Below are positions 25,500 through 37,650 of a stretch of DNA of 49,695 bases, piece after piece. The DNA lies in the NCBI RefSeq assembly GCF_001194135.2, contig NC_068991.1:51050617-51100311 (forward strand), in the 5' to 3' direction. The position numbers and the translations under genes are program-made. The notes beneath the pieces were generated by a model. That model did not search any database. It saw only the letters and a list, made by a program, of their open reading frames with translations, and was not told the DNA's origin. The number at the start of each line of letters is the position of its first letter. Within the stretch, counting starts at the first letter, position 1. The DNA is from Octopus bimaculoides (lineage: Eukaryota).

Positions 25500-26450
25500 C
25501 TGTCTGTAGGCTGTGTTCCAGCTGAGGCTCCACACATCCTATTCTTCTCTGGATTATAAATCTCTCACACATTATATCTAATCCATCTCTACTCTCTGAA
25601 AGGCGTTGTCTGCATATCTCTAGATTTTATGCCCTTGTTAGCACCTATACTCTTGTTCAAAGTCTCCTTCCTCTCCATTCCTCTTGATATATGTGATTCC
25701 TCTATCATTCTACAAATTCTTTCTAATACCAACAACACTTTGATAATATCCCTTCCCACCTCAAGGACATTTATTGCCCTCACCCTTCTCTGAAGTCATC
25801 ACTGTTGGTGACTTCAGAGCCCACAACTCTCTTTAGCTGTCATACTTACTCATACTGATGTTGTCTATGGCCTCCTCTCTGGCTCTCACCTCTTAGACTG
25901 CTTCACTTCATCTCAAATTACATCATCACAGTGTATAATATACCAAGGGAGCTGTTTTTCCGACACTCACTATATCAAATTTTATGTGCTCCAAGTTTCA
26001 AAATTTAAAATGTTCTTCCTATCCATCAGTTACCTACTTGCCATCTCCTTCAACAGCAGCTAATCCTACTCCAGATGTTTCCATAGTTCATCCCTCCCTG
26101 ACACTCACTATATCAAATTTTATGTGCTCCAAGTTTCAAAATTTAAGATGTTTTTCCTATCCATCAGTTACCTACTTGCCGTCTCCTTCAACAACAGCTA
26201 ATTGTACTCCAGATGTTACCATAGTTCATCCCTCCCTAACCTTATGCAGTCAACTGTTATCCTCATGCAACCTCTACACCTCATACCAAATCTGCACCAA
26301 TTCCATGAACAGTACCATCAAAAACATCCTCCAATAGGATCATGCTAATCGTGTCTCTTTCAGCACCATGAAGATTCAACCATTGTACTTATCAAGGAAG
26401 CATTACAACACTCTACTGTTTAACATCTACGGTTGCTGCAAAGGCTGTCC
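25500..26450 (+). mobile_element. Decayed CR1/L2-like LINE endonuclease region
   Basis: FDNIPSHLKDIYCPHPS / EVITVGDFRAHNSL*LSY: the GDF.AH AP-endonuclease motif at 25808-25825, with frameshifts. Extent approximate. Confidence 0.55.
25963..26237 (+). repeat. 138-bp tandem duplication (25963-26100 and 26101-26237)
   Basis: acactcactatatcaaattttatgtgctccaagtttc... is repeated with few substitutions. Confidence 0.95.
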
Positions 26451-27399
26451 ATTTGAGAGCCCACTCACTCTGAATTACTGGCAACCAGTCAATGGCTTTT
26501 TGAGTCCAACAAGACAACATCTTTGGAACTAGTACCACAATAAAACACCATAGTTCTCTTTTGTAGATGGGGTATCCCAATATGCCACTCTATTCAACAG
26601 TTCTATCCTTGGTAAAATTCATTCAGTCGTAACTTGGTTTAAGGAATTAACTTTATTGCATTCAAGCAGTACCATTGTTTATCAGAATGTACAGATTGAA
26701 TAAAAGTCTGTCTGTGAAAATCTTCCTTCTGGTTGATCAGGTGAGAAGTCTAATCCTGTGAATAATGCCTTGTAAGACTGTTCTAGCAATTGGTCCATGA
26801 TATTATATTCTCTTCTTCCTAGTTTATGATTGGTATCCTACTTATGGCCAGAGACATCTAGCTGGTCTACAGACAATGGTTGAAGTAGGAGTTCACAATT
26901 CCTGTGTTGCAATCATTTCTTCCCTCTTCTTTACCAAATTTATTTTATAAACAGCATAAACTAAATTATGGTAGCTAAGAAATCACCTGGACAGTTCTTC
27001 CTAATTTTTTTCCCAACATTAACAGACTTTAACTCAAATTGGAAGTCATTCACTACAACTTGTTAGTAAGCTTCATCTTCCCAAAACATCTTCTGAAATT
27101 GAACTTTCTGGGATTCTTTCTTGCCCCCATTTCTCTGCAAGAATCAACGTGTAGATATTCTAGCTAAATATAAACACTTAATCTTGTTGGTCTCAAAAGT
27201 TAGAGGCACAACCTGTTCTGGTTATGTAAAAGAATTAAAAAAAAACCTCTGGCCTTGTCCTTGTTCAACAAGTCTCTTTTCCTCTTTGAAAAACATGATT
27301 TCTTTCACTGGTAAAAAGTTTGATGCCTTTAGCATTATTTCCTCAGGGCTACAACTTATCATCAATTTTCCGCTCCATCTGGTAGTATATGAAGGTAGA

Positions 27400-27617
27400 G
27401 ATATTGGTTTCAAATTTCAGAATGGGGCCAGCATGTTCATGGGAAGGGATAAGTTGATTACATCGAACCCAGTGTTCAACTGGTACTTCTTTATCAATTC
27501 CAGAAGGATGAAAGGCAAAGTTGACATCAGCAGAATTTGAACTCAGAATGTAAAGACAGACAAAATGCCACTAAACATTTTGTCTGGTGTGCTAATGATT
27601 CTGCCAGCTCGCTGCCT
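27400..27617 (-). mobile_element. SINE family B copy with 12-bp TSD
   Basis: Core motif present. Direct repeat tatgaaggtaga at 27388-27399 and 27618-27629. Confidence 0.85.
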
Positions 27618-28902
27618 TATGAAGGTAGAAATACTGCCAGACTGTTACCGATAATGAAGGGAAACAGGAAATGGGTTTTAAGGATTTGGTAATCTTCAGA
27701 AACTTGGTTCTACTAGAACAAAAATACTTGATGATGTATGAAAAATTGAAGTGATTTCCATTCATATTTTTTACCCCTTTTCAAAACCAACATCAATATT
27801 TTACTATGGCATCATCTCATGCCATTCCTTCTGTTATTTATTTATCTAGTTCTTCACCTCCATCCCTCACTTCTGTTCACCCATGTGAAAACATCTGATT
27901 TATTGATACTTCATTGGCTGAAGCAATGTTCAATAAAAGATTTCTCAAAATTTCTCTAATTAATTATTCCTATTCTTGTTTTCCTCTTTTCAATACTTGC
28001 CATTGGTAAAGAAATTGGTTTATTCTTCTTGCTTGAGACTCTTTGATGATTCTATACAAGGTCTGGCTGTTAAACACTTTCTTGCTGTCTTTATTACTTT
28101 AATTCTGGTTTCATTTTTATAAATAATAGTAAAACTGAACATTTAATGTTTTTTGTTGTGTTTTATGAGGGGATTCAACCCCCAAGGGGTTTATTTTGAG
28201 ATTAGATATTATTGCCTTACATTTAATATATACCACATTATTCTAAAGTGAAGAACCTTTTCTTCTACCCCCCCACCCCATTGGGTATCTCCCTCTTCAT
28301 CACCTTGTTCATCCAGCCCCTCCCTTGGTGTATCTCCACCCTACCTTCATCTATTCTTCCTCTTCTTCCTCTTCTTCCTTCTTTCCTTTATCATTACTTC
28401 GTCCTCCACCCTTTCATATCCTCCACCTCTGTCTCACTTGTCTCAACTTGTCTTTCCTTTTCCTTCTCCTCTACTTTCTTTCTTTTCTCAACTGAGGTCT
28501 TCCATTCTTCCCCTTTACTCTACCTTTTTCTCCATTTTCTTCCCCTACCCTTCTCTCATTCTCCTTTATTCACCTTTTTTTTTTTTAAATACTCTCCGCC
28601 TTCTTTTAGCTTCTCTACCCCATCTTCAGTTGTTGCCTCACCTCCACCTCACCAATATTCCTCATCACAAATTCATACTGTCACCTTCAGACAGTGTTTC
28701 ATTAAGCATCTCTTCTGTTCATCTCTCTCTCTCTCTCTGTTTCATTAAGCATCTCTTCTGTTCATCTCTCTCTCTCTCTCTTTCCCCAACTTCTGTATGT
28801 GGTGCTAGATACACCTCCCTTGTTCATACCCCTGATACTTTCTCTTCTAGCACTGATTGGTTTTCTGTCTATAACTAAGATGATCTCGCTTGACCACGTT
28901 CA

Positions 28903-29537
28903 GAAAATTCACCATAAACATTTTTGCTGTGGGATAATTTGGTGCAGGAAATTTTGTCATAGAGGAGACACACCAGCAAACTGTAACCAAAATAAACAAC
29001 TTATTTTGAAGAAGTTACCTTTCTCTAATTGTTAGATTAGCTGATGAAGTTGCCATTTTAAGAAAACAAATTTTTTTTAAAAATAGAGATATTAATATTT
29101 CTAAGTCTCTCTAAAGGAGACTATGGCAGCAGTACTGGATATTAATAGTTATCGCCAAGCCAACATGGCAGTCCAAAAAATAGGACGAATGCTGCTGTTG
29201 ATTAGCTCCAAGAGGCCATCGCCTTTAGCTAGCTATGTGGCACACAAACCTGTGTCCTTTATAACCTTCGAACAGGGGAGGTCAGCAGCTTCCCCTTGCT
29301 GGTTTGGCATCTACAGACTAGTTTCAGGGTATTGCCCCTTGTCAATGTAGAGCAGCCGAACCCAACAGGCGTCACTACTGACCGTCTGTACGAAGGATTA
29401 TTCATCTAATTTCAGTGGAATACATCCACTGGTTTTCAGAAATAGAGATATTAATATTTCTAAGTCTCTCTATTTTGCAATTTATCATATTTTTATGGGG
29501 AATTTTCCTATGGCAAAAATGTTTATGGTAAAATTTC
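28903..29537. mobile_element. MITE-like element with inverted termini, containing a 326-bp insert flanked by a 33-bp direct repeat
   Basis: gaaaattcaccataaacatttttgc (28903-28927) versus gcaaaaatgtttatggtaaaatttc (29513-29537), 23/25 inverted. aaatagagatattaatatttctaagtctctcta at 29081-29113 and 29440-29472. Confidence 0.65.
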
Positions 29538-29769
29538 CTATAATCCTCCTGACATTCCTCATTTGTTAGAACACAGCAACAATTGTCTCTCAAAAATCAG
29601 TCTTCCTGTTCAAAACCTGATAATACTTCAGACATGATCAGTTGATTCTTCAGAAAACTCAAGTCAGAGTCACATCCAAAGAGTCACATCCCAGCACACC
29701 CAGCCTTCTCACTGATTGGCAAGGATTTTTCCACCAATACATTTCAATACTAACTTAGAGATCACTATT

Positions 29770-29970
29770 TCCTCTCTCTCCTCTCTGCTCCTCTTTCTCT
29801 CTCTCTGCTCCTCTTTCTCTCTCTCTGCTCCTCTTTCTCTCTCTCTGCTCCTCTTTCTCTCTCTCTGCTCCTCTTTCTCTCTCTCTNNNNNNNNNNCCTC
29901 TTTCTCTCTCTCTGCTCCTCTTTCTCTCTCTCTGCTCCTCTCCCCACTCTCTCTCTCTCTCTCTCTCTCT
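29770..29970. repeat. 20-bp CT-rich tandem repeat (ctctctctctgctcctcttt)n with an internal gap
   Basis: Read directly. Confidence 0.9.
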
Positions 29971-30019
29971 CCCATATTGCTACTACATTGATAACCTCTC
30001 AACTAATTAGTTATCTTTT

Positions 30020-30392
30020 ATATGTTTCAGTCATTAGACTGTGGCCAAGCTGGGGCATCACTTCTAAGAATTTTTAGTCAAATGAATCAACTCGAGTACT
30101 TACTTTTCTTTTCTTTTTAAGCCTGGTACTCATTCTATCAATCACTTTTGCTGAACTGCTAAGTTAATGGAATGTAAACACACCAACACCTGTTGTCAAG
30201 TACTGGTGGAGGACAAACATACACACACATATTCAATGGGCTTCTTTTAGTTTCCGTCTAGCAAATCCACTCACAAGGCTTTGATTGGCCTGAGGCTATA
30301 GTAGAAGACATTTGCTCGAGGTTCCATGCAGTTGAACTGAACTGAGAGCCACGTGGTTGGAAAGCAAACTTCTTACCATACAGCCATGTCTT
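30020..30392 (-). mobile_element. SINE family A copy
   Basis: Reverse complement of family A, from tail (tttcagtcattagactgtggcc) to head (cttaccatacagccat). Confidence 0.8.
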
Positions 30393-30812
30393 CCCCTATA
30401 CAACTTCAACCAAAGCTCCATGCTACGTATCCATCTCTTGTCATTCTTATTGTTTTGCAACCACCACCGTTCTCATTCTAACTAAGCTATAAAAACGTTC
30501 CTACCCAGAGTATCAATTCTCTGGGAATTCTTCACTATCTACGTTTCTGTCCTACAGAAATCATTTTCAAATGTTTCATTTGTGTATCACTTTTCTAAAT
30601 CTCATTGGTTGGCAGCTTTGCCAAAGTCACTCTCTTCCCCTAATTACACTTCACTGTAAAGTGTTGTAACATTCTATTATAACAAATAGAGTTTTCTTGA
30701 GTTTGTGTTCTAGTTCTGTTCAAACTGGGTGAGTAACACTGAAGTTCTTCACTATTTTTTATATCAAATATGAGGCCTTGTTTATCTTGGTTGGTGTCAT
30801 GATTTTGTTTAA

Positions 30813-31032
30813 CCCTTTAGCATTCAAATTACTCTGTCAAATACAACATTTATTCATTCACATTGTTTTGAATTATTCATGCACTATCTTGTAGCCCTGA
30901 GATTTCGATGATGTTATTGTGTAATTTCACAATGACATTGTAGGCTAGGTCTAAGCAGCCAGATATGACCAGTTTGAATATAAAACAAATAGATTATTTG
31001 GGCTGGATATAGCTGGTTTAAATGCTAAAGGG
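30813..31032. mobile_element. piggyBac-like MITE (220 bp), same family, opposite orientation
   Basis: TTAA|ccctttagcatt ... aatgctaaaggg|TTAA: a perfect 12-bp TIR with TTAA TSD. Confidence 0.85.
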
Positions 31033-31115
31033 TTAACGCCTGATTCTGTATCCAGCATCTTTACATGATGCCTCCTTCAAAACAGAACCCTACAACACCT
31101 TACTACATGTTTCTA

Positions 31116-31242
31116 CAGGGTGTCCACAAAGTTTGGGTACATGGGGATTAACACATACTTTAAGAAATTATTATTTCTTATATTTAATTGTTTATGTTAT
31201 GATTTTATTTACTCCATGTAGCCAGACTTTGTGGACACCCTG
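31116..31242. mobile_element. 127-bp MITE of the same Tc1-like family as 9000-9356
   Basis: Same 17-bp TIR and TA flanks. Both subterminal regions match 9000-9356 and the transposase remnant is gone. Confidence 0.9.
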
Positions 31243-31547
31243 TATATGTTACATTTATTGAAGCCTCTATGTAGTCATTCTATCTGCTAGAAATAGCAAC
31301 CAATTCACTCTCAAATAGCACAATATTATTTTCAATAAGGAAAGGTCGCATTCAATTATGTGTTCCTACATTACCTAGGAAGATAGAGTGGTCAGAATTG
31401 AAAAATACATTTGTCCACATCAGTCAAACTGAACGGGCTTATGGTCACTGCTTGAACACCTTTGACCATAGATCAACTTAACAACTTGATCAAAGATGGC
31501 TCACAGTTAGACACCAATAACTTTTTACACTTTAAATTAGATTTGCA

Positions 31548-31800
31548 ATTCTTTTTCTTCTTCTTCTTCTTCTTCCCCCCCCCCTCCTCCTCATCCTCCT
31601 CCTCCTCCTCTTCTTTTTCCTCCTCCTCTTCTTTTTCCTCCTCCTCTTCTTTTTCCTCCTCCTCTTCTTTTTCCTCCTCCTCTTCTTTTTCCTCCTCCTC
31701 TTCTTTTTCCTCCTCCACTTCTTTTTCCTCCTCCTCTTCTTTTTCCTCCTCCTCTTCTTTTTCCTCCTCCTCTTCTTTTTCCTCCTCCTCCACCTCCTTC
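31548..31800. repeat. Compound (CTT)n/(CCT)n repeat with an 18-bp higher-order unit (cttctttttcctcctcct)n
   Basis: Read directly. It explains the poly-S, poly-E/K and poly-R ORFs. Confidence 0.95.
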
Positions 31801-31829
31801 CAGCTATCACATGTATTATTAGTCATCAG

Positions 31830-32030
31830 GGATGTTGTCTTGAGGTCCGGGTCTCAAGTCTCTTCAAATCTGAATCATCTTTCTTACAGAACCACAATAT
31901 TGCATTTTTCATGTAGGTTGATAATGCAAGTCTTAATTCCAATATCCTTCAGTTTGGATGTTGTGCCAAGAGCACCAATTGCCACGGGAATAATTGTTGT
32001 CTTAGGTTCTGGCATTTCTCATTGTCTTCC
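31830..32030 (-). mobile_element. Second RLE-type retrotransposon 3' fragment
   Basis: The minus strand from 32003 reads KTTIIPVAIGALGTTSKLKDIGIKTCIINLHEK. Confidence 0.65.
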
Positions 32031-33472
32031 TTTGTTTTTCAATTTTTTTTTTAATACCCACCCTGTTATCATATGATATTGCACTGTTTCATTATTTTCT
32101 CTTGCATAATTGTATATGGTTCTCTTGCTTCAATTGTATGATCAGTCTTTATGGGAAAATCCCATAACATCTTGTGATTCTCATTCTCCATCATACCCTC
32201 TGGCTTGTGTTCATACCATTCTTTTCTGCTACTTTGAATCTACACACTCAGCCAACATTCCAATGCGCTCTTTTACCTATGCAGTTAGGCCTGTGCTTAT
32301 TTTCATCATTTTTAAAATAAAAACTTAAGAGAAATCCTCCTCCTCCTCCTCCTCGTCATGATGACTATCATTCTTTATTTCATTTCATTTATTCATTCAC
32401 TTGTTATTTACTCTACAATTCTATAATTTTATTTTGAAATTATTTTCTTCTGTTCATTTAATTTTCAGATTCAAATTCATTTATTGTCTCAATTGTTTTC
32501 AAATTTCTTTGAAAATCAGCTTTTTTCTTTCTGTTTCTTATTGGCTGCTTCTTAAATCTTCATTTTTTTTTTTTTTTTTTTAGAGAAATTATTGTATATT
32601 GCATTTTATAGAGCTGTATGACATTATGTTAAATAAGATTTGATAGAAATATCTTCCATGAAATTCTATTGAATTACATTGAGTAAAAATTGAGAAAATT
32701 ACTGGAAAACCAGAACAAAATGCGAGAGACAAGGAAAAAATGCAGAAGAGGACTTCTTGCAAAATTCAAATTTCTTCATTCACTGCTTCATTTATGGATT
32801 AAGGGTTAAAAGAAAACTTGAATTTATATTTTCCTGCCAATTTACTATTTTTGGAATAGTAATGTTCTGATCAACTACCTAAAGATGGCAGTCTCTGAAA
32901 TCTAGCCCCACTTTTGGTTCAAGCATGTCTTACTTACAAACTGAATTCTTGAAATAGATGTCAAATCTCTTCAAATCACATCTGACCGTATTAGATAATG
33001 TATGGAAAATGCATTAAATAATGTATTCCTTTATAGCCTTAAAACAGTTTAGATGGTCACAACTGGAATGGTTTGCTTGCATCTTAAAAGAAACTCTTGC
33101 ACACAGTAATTCTTTTTGCCAAATGTTCTTTTTTTTCTAATACAAGTTTCGTGAACCAATTCTCTGAAACTTGATTTTATTTTTAATCTGGATATTTTAT
33201 TTATTTCCAATTGGTGTCATTGACCACCAAAGTTACTAGAATACTTCAATAATATTGATCTGTTTTCTATTTATTCCTCCACATTGGTACAAATCCACAT
33301 TTATGGAGGAGGAAGAAGATAAAATATCAATTGGTTTACATGTTATTTACTGTTTAACTATTGCAAGTCTGGAAGAGTTAAAGTCAAAGTTAAACAAGAA
33401 CAAGTAAAACCTATCCTTGAAGGTGGTGCTCCAGCATGGCCACAGGCCAATGAGCAATTCTGGAGGAAGAAT

Positions 33473-33535
<63 letters not shown>

Positions 33536-33726
33536 ATATATATATATATATATAGTTTTAGGGAAAATAACCAATTTTCAAGAACTCATCGATGAAAATC
33601 CACTATCACATATAGAAAAATTAATAATTAATATACTTTATCTATAAGGCTCAATTTAATTTTAATTTTTTATAAATTGATTTTAATTGAGTTTTTTACC
33701 TGTAATTTTGGATTTTGTCCCTAATA

Positions 33727-34189
33727 NNNNNNNNNNNNNNNNNNNNNNNNNNNNNNNNNNNNNNNNNNNNNNNNNNNNNNNNNNNNNNNNNNNNNNNNNN
33801 NNNNNNNNNNNNNNNNNNNNNNNNNNNNNNNNNNNNNNNNNNNNNNNNNNNNNNNNNNNNNNNNNNNNNNNNNNNNNNNNNNNNNNNNNNNNNNNNNNNN
33901 NNNNNNNNNNNNNNNNNNNNNNNNNNNNNNNNNNNNNNNNNNNNNNNNNNNNNNNNNNNNNNNNNNNNNNNNNNNNNNNNNNNNNNNNNNNNNNNNNNNN
34001 NNNNNNNNNNNNNNNNNNNNNNNNNNNNNNNNNNNNNNNNNNNNNNNNNNNNNNNNNNNNNNNNNNNNNNNNNNNNNNNNNNNNNNNNNNNNNNNNNNNN
34101 NNNNNNNNNNNNNNNNNNNNNNNNNNNNNNNNNNNNNNNNNNNNNNNNNNNNNNNNNNNNNNNNNNNNNNNNNNNNNNNNNNNNNNNNN
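33727..34189. other. Assembly gap (others: 6717-7004, 45796-45961, 47360-47809, and 10-N gaps at 2314, 9727, 29887, 46814)
   Basis: N runs, mostly flanked by microsatellites. Confidence 1.
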
Positions 34190-34500
34190 CTGGGTTCAGT
34201 CCCACTGCGTGCCACCTTGGGAAAGTGTCTTCTACTATAGCCTTGGGCCGACCAAAGCCTTGTGAGTGGATTTAGTAGACAGAAACTGAAAGAAGCCCGT
34301 CGTATATATGTATATATATATATATATATGTATGTGTATGTATATGCTTGTGTGTCTGTGCTTGTTCCCCCACCATCGCTTGACAACCGATGCTGGTGTG
34401 TTAATATCCCTGTAATCAAGCGGTTCGGCAAAAGTGACTGATAGAATAAGTACTAGGCTTGCAAAGAATAAGTCCTGTGGTTGATTTTCTCAACTAAAGA
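34190..34500 (+). mobile_element. SINE family A copy, head lost in N gap
   Basis: ctgggttcagtcccactgcgtgccaccttgggaaagtgtcttctactatagcc... well-preserved family A body. Confidence 0.85.
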
Positions 34501-35610
34501 AATAAGCATACTTAATTACATTTTTACCTAACAATTTAGGAAATTGAATGGGTTATTTCCCTTTGCTATATATAAGGATCCCTTCCAGAGGCGAATGGGT
34601 TATTTCCCTTGGTTTTTAAAATAAAATATATTAGATATATATAAGGATCCCTTCCAGGGACCCTATTATCGATTTTTTCAGCAATCTGAGTATGACATGA
34701 GGTTTCCAGACATGATCATTGGTTTAGGAGTTCATTAGCAACCAGGAGGTTGTATTCTCAACCACACTCCGTGGCATCTTGGGAAAATTTAATTTTCTTT
34801 AGCCTAGGATTGTTCCTTATCTTGCAAGTGAAATTGGTGAATGGAAACTGTATAGAATCCCATCAGTTGAATTGTACCTTCAGTTCAATGATATGGCATT
34901 CTCACACACTGTGGCGTATTAACTCTAAATCTTTCATCAGACAGTAGAACACCACCTACTCCTTAAAATGAAAGGAAAATACCTTTTACAAAGAAAAGAC
35001 CATCATCACAATGATGTTTAATATAGGTACGCCATCTATAGGACCAGCATTTAGAAGACTATATTAATTCCTCTATTTGACTTGTATATATTTCATTGAC
35101 TCCAGTGAAAATTAAAGTCAGAATACAAGAAGGTTATGCAATGATAACAGCATCTAAGATTATGATGATGATGATGGTGGTGGTTGTGGTGGTGAGAGAC
35201 ATGCTAATGTATTGAGGTTATTATTATTATTATTTTTATTGTTATTGTTATTGTTATTACTGTTATTTTTATTCCTGCTTTACATTTGAGGTGTTCTCTT
35301 TTGGCAATGTTGCAAATTGTTATGTTTATGGAATCCTTGAGCTGTGCTTCAAACAACAAAGAACAATTTTATAGATTGATCTAATGAAACTAGTTTCATT
35401 CTTTATAAACTCTTAATATTGTGGGGAAAAACATGTAAAACACATCAGCCTGTAATTCTTGAGTACTGCATGTTAGAGTTCTTTTACTATCGCTATTTGC
35501 TGGCTTTCATGGGTCATAATGCATTGTAAAAAAAAAAACAAAAAACAAAACTGATCAATTTCTCTGAGTTGTCACATTTTTTTTTTCCTTTATATCTCTC
35601 CCTCTCTTAG

Positions 35611-35722
35611 GTATTTTTACGTAATTCTGTGTTTGAACCTTTGGAAGAACAGCGGCAGCAGTATCTGAGTGGCAAAGCTACAATTATACAGAAAAACTGG
35701 CGTAGGTGTATAGCTCAAAAAA
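35611..35722 (+). CDS. Internal exon of an unconventional myosin heavy-chain gene (converter end plus first IQ motif); class not assignable
   Basis: Long pyrimidine tract plus AG (tttttttcctttatatctctccctctcttag|) and donor A|gtaagg. The 112-nt stop-free frame gives VFLRNSVFEPLEEQRQQYLSGKATIIQKNWRRCIAQK, matching the myosin (GKTK)VFLR..LE..R...L...A..IQ..WR pattern. Phase 0 to phase 1. Confidence 0.85.
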
Positions 35723-36266
35723 GTAAGGAATCAACTTTTATATATTTTATTTGTTACAAGCTTTTTAAAATTAGTTTTTTTACCGCATTTAGCACCATCT
35801 AAAAAAATCTGCTGCACCCACACAATTTTACAAGCACAACTTCTCTTTTAGAAATGCTGATTTTATTTTGTAAAATGACAGCTGTAAATCAACATAAATT
35901 CTTTTCCTCTCTGTGATGTCCATGACTGTTGCAAACTTCAAGATATGACAGTTATTATTGCATGTTGTTTAATAAATTGTTTTGATTGCTATATAAAAAA
36001 AATGGGAGATTCTAATTGTTTGGGGTTATGTTATTAGATAATGTGAAATGTTACCTTTTTGTCTCATTTCACTTTTCAGAGATTGAAATCTCTGAAAAAA
36101 ACATTAGTTTCACTTTTTAAATTGCTTTCTGTTTGTAGCGGGTTCTTATTGAATTCTGAGCTAAAATGTGTACCCTTCAACAAGCAATTATATTAAACGT
36201 ACAACAATATTATGTCATAGAATAACTTAAGTTTTGACATTAACCTCACAAATATTATAACTTTAT

Positions 36267-36480
36267 TAGGTGGCGAGCTGACAGAAACGTTAGCACACCA
36301 GGTGAAATGCTTGGAGGTATTTTGTCTGTCTTTACGTTCTGAGTTCAAATTCTGCCAAGGTCGACTTTGCCTTTCATCCTTTTGGGGTCAATAAATTAAG
36401 TAGTAGTTGCATACTGGGGTCAATCTAATTGACTGGCCCCCTCCCACAAAATTTTGGGCCTCGTGCCTAGAGTAGAAAAG
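36267..36480 (+). mobile_element. Full-length SINE family B copy with 17-bp TSD
   Basis: ggtggcgagctgacagaaacgttagcac...gagttcaaattctgcc...gcctttcatccttttggggtc...gtgcctagagtagaaaag. Direct repeat aaatattataactttat at 36250-36266 and 36481-36497. Confidence 0.9.
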
Positions 36481-36796
36481 AAATATTATAACTTTATATG
36501 CGTAAACCTTCCTTATTCTGGCTTCTATAATATCTGTCTGTGTGGAGCAGATACAAGTAGCATAGAATTGTCTTGTTTAGTTGTTACCATTCCTATGTTT
36601 CTTCCATGACCCACATATGCAACTACAGTTTACAAGTAAGACAGAGCACCAGAAAAAAAAAAAATGAACAGCTCAACATTGAGTTGTTTAATCAACACAT
36701 TTAGTGATTCATTTAGCCAAACAAGTATTAAGTCCTAACACAAATTACATGGAGTTTAGTGCTCATACACATAGAAACATGCTTACATACATACAT

Positions 36797-37214
36797 GCAT
36801 GTGTGGTAAGAAACTTGCTTCCCAAACACATGGTTCTGGGTTCAGTCCCACTGAGTGGTGCCTTGGACAAGTGTCTTCTACTATTGTTTCAGGCTGACCA
36901 AAGCCTTGCAAGTGGATTTGGTAGACGGAAACTGAAAGAAACCCATTGTATATATATATATATGTATGTATGTATGTATGTATGCATGTATGAATTGATG
37001 GATGTACCCCCATGACTACTTGAAAACTGGTGTTGGTGTGTTTACATCCCCGTAATGAAGCAGTTTGGCAAAAAAGGCTGATGGAATAAGTATTAGGCTC
37101 AAGAAATAAGTCCTTGGTTTGACTAAAAGAAAAAAAAAAACACTTCAAGGTGGTGCTCCAGCATGGTTGCAGTCAAGTCAAATGACTGAAACAAGTAAAA
37201 AGAACAAAAGAATG

Positions 37215-37217
<3 letters not shown>
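36797..37217 (+). mobile_element. SINE family A copy, left member of a tail-to-tail inverted pair
   Basis: gtgtggtaagaaacttgcttccc...ggtggtgctccagcatggttgcagtc...gactgaaacaagtaaaaagaac. Confidence 0.85.
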
Positions 37218-37245
<28 letters not shown>

Positions 37246-37249
37246 TCTT

Positions 37250-37473
37250 TAATTCTTTTACTTATTTCAGTTGTTTGACTGCGGCCATGCTGGAGCACTG
37301 GCTTTAGGCGACCAAATTGATCCCAGGACTTATTCTTTGTAAGCCTACTACTTATTGTATCAGTCTGTTTTGCTGAACTGCTAAGTTATAGGGGCGTAAC
37401 CGCACCAGCATCGGTTGTCAAGCAATGTTGGAGGGACAAACACAGACACACAAACATATATACATACACACAT

Positions 37474-37507
<34 letters not shown>

Positions 37508-37650
37508 GACAGGCTTCTTTCTACCAAATCCACTCACAAGGCTTTGGTCGGCCCAAGGCTATAGTAGAAGACACTTGCCCAAAGTGCTGCGCAGTGGGAT
37601 TGAACCTGGAACCATGTGGGTGGTAGGCAAGCTACTTACCACACAACCAC
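37250..37650 (-). mobile_element. SINE family A copy, right member of a tail-to-tail inverted pair
   Basis: cttatttcagttgtttgactgcggccatgctggagcac...ggaaccatgtgggtggtaggcaagctacttaccacacaacc is the reverse complement of family A. Confidence 0.85.

Noticed and set aside
27121-27540. 139-aa ORF
   Set aside because: The C-terminal third is a family B SINE and the rest has no recognisable motif or splice signals.
29041-29070. CTGATGA...GAAAAC possible hammerhead
   Set aside because: The intervening bases cannot form stem II, and there is no stem I/III complementarity.
31462-32076. 204-aa poly-S ORF and opposite-strand EEEKE and poly-R/K ORFs
   Set aside because: These are translations of an 18-bp pyrimidine tandem repeat plus an RLE relic, with no splice or domain support.
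34547-34660. Short interleaved direct repeats (gaatgggttatttccctt x2; tatatataaggatcccttccag x2)
   Set aside because: Ordinary local slippage or duplication, with no further structure.
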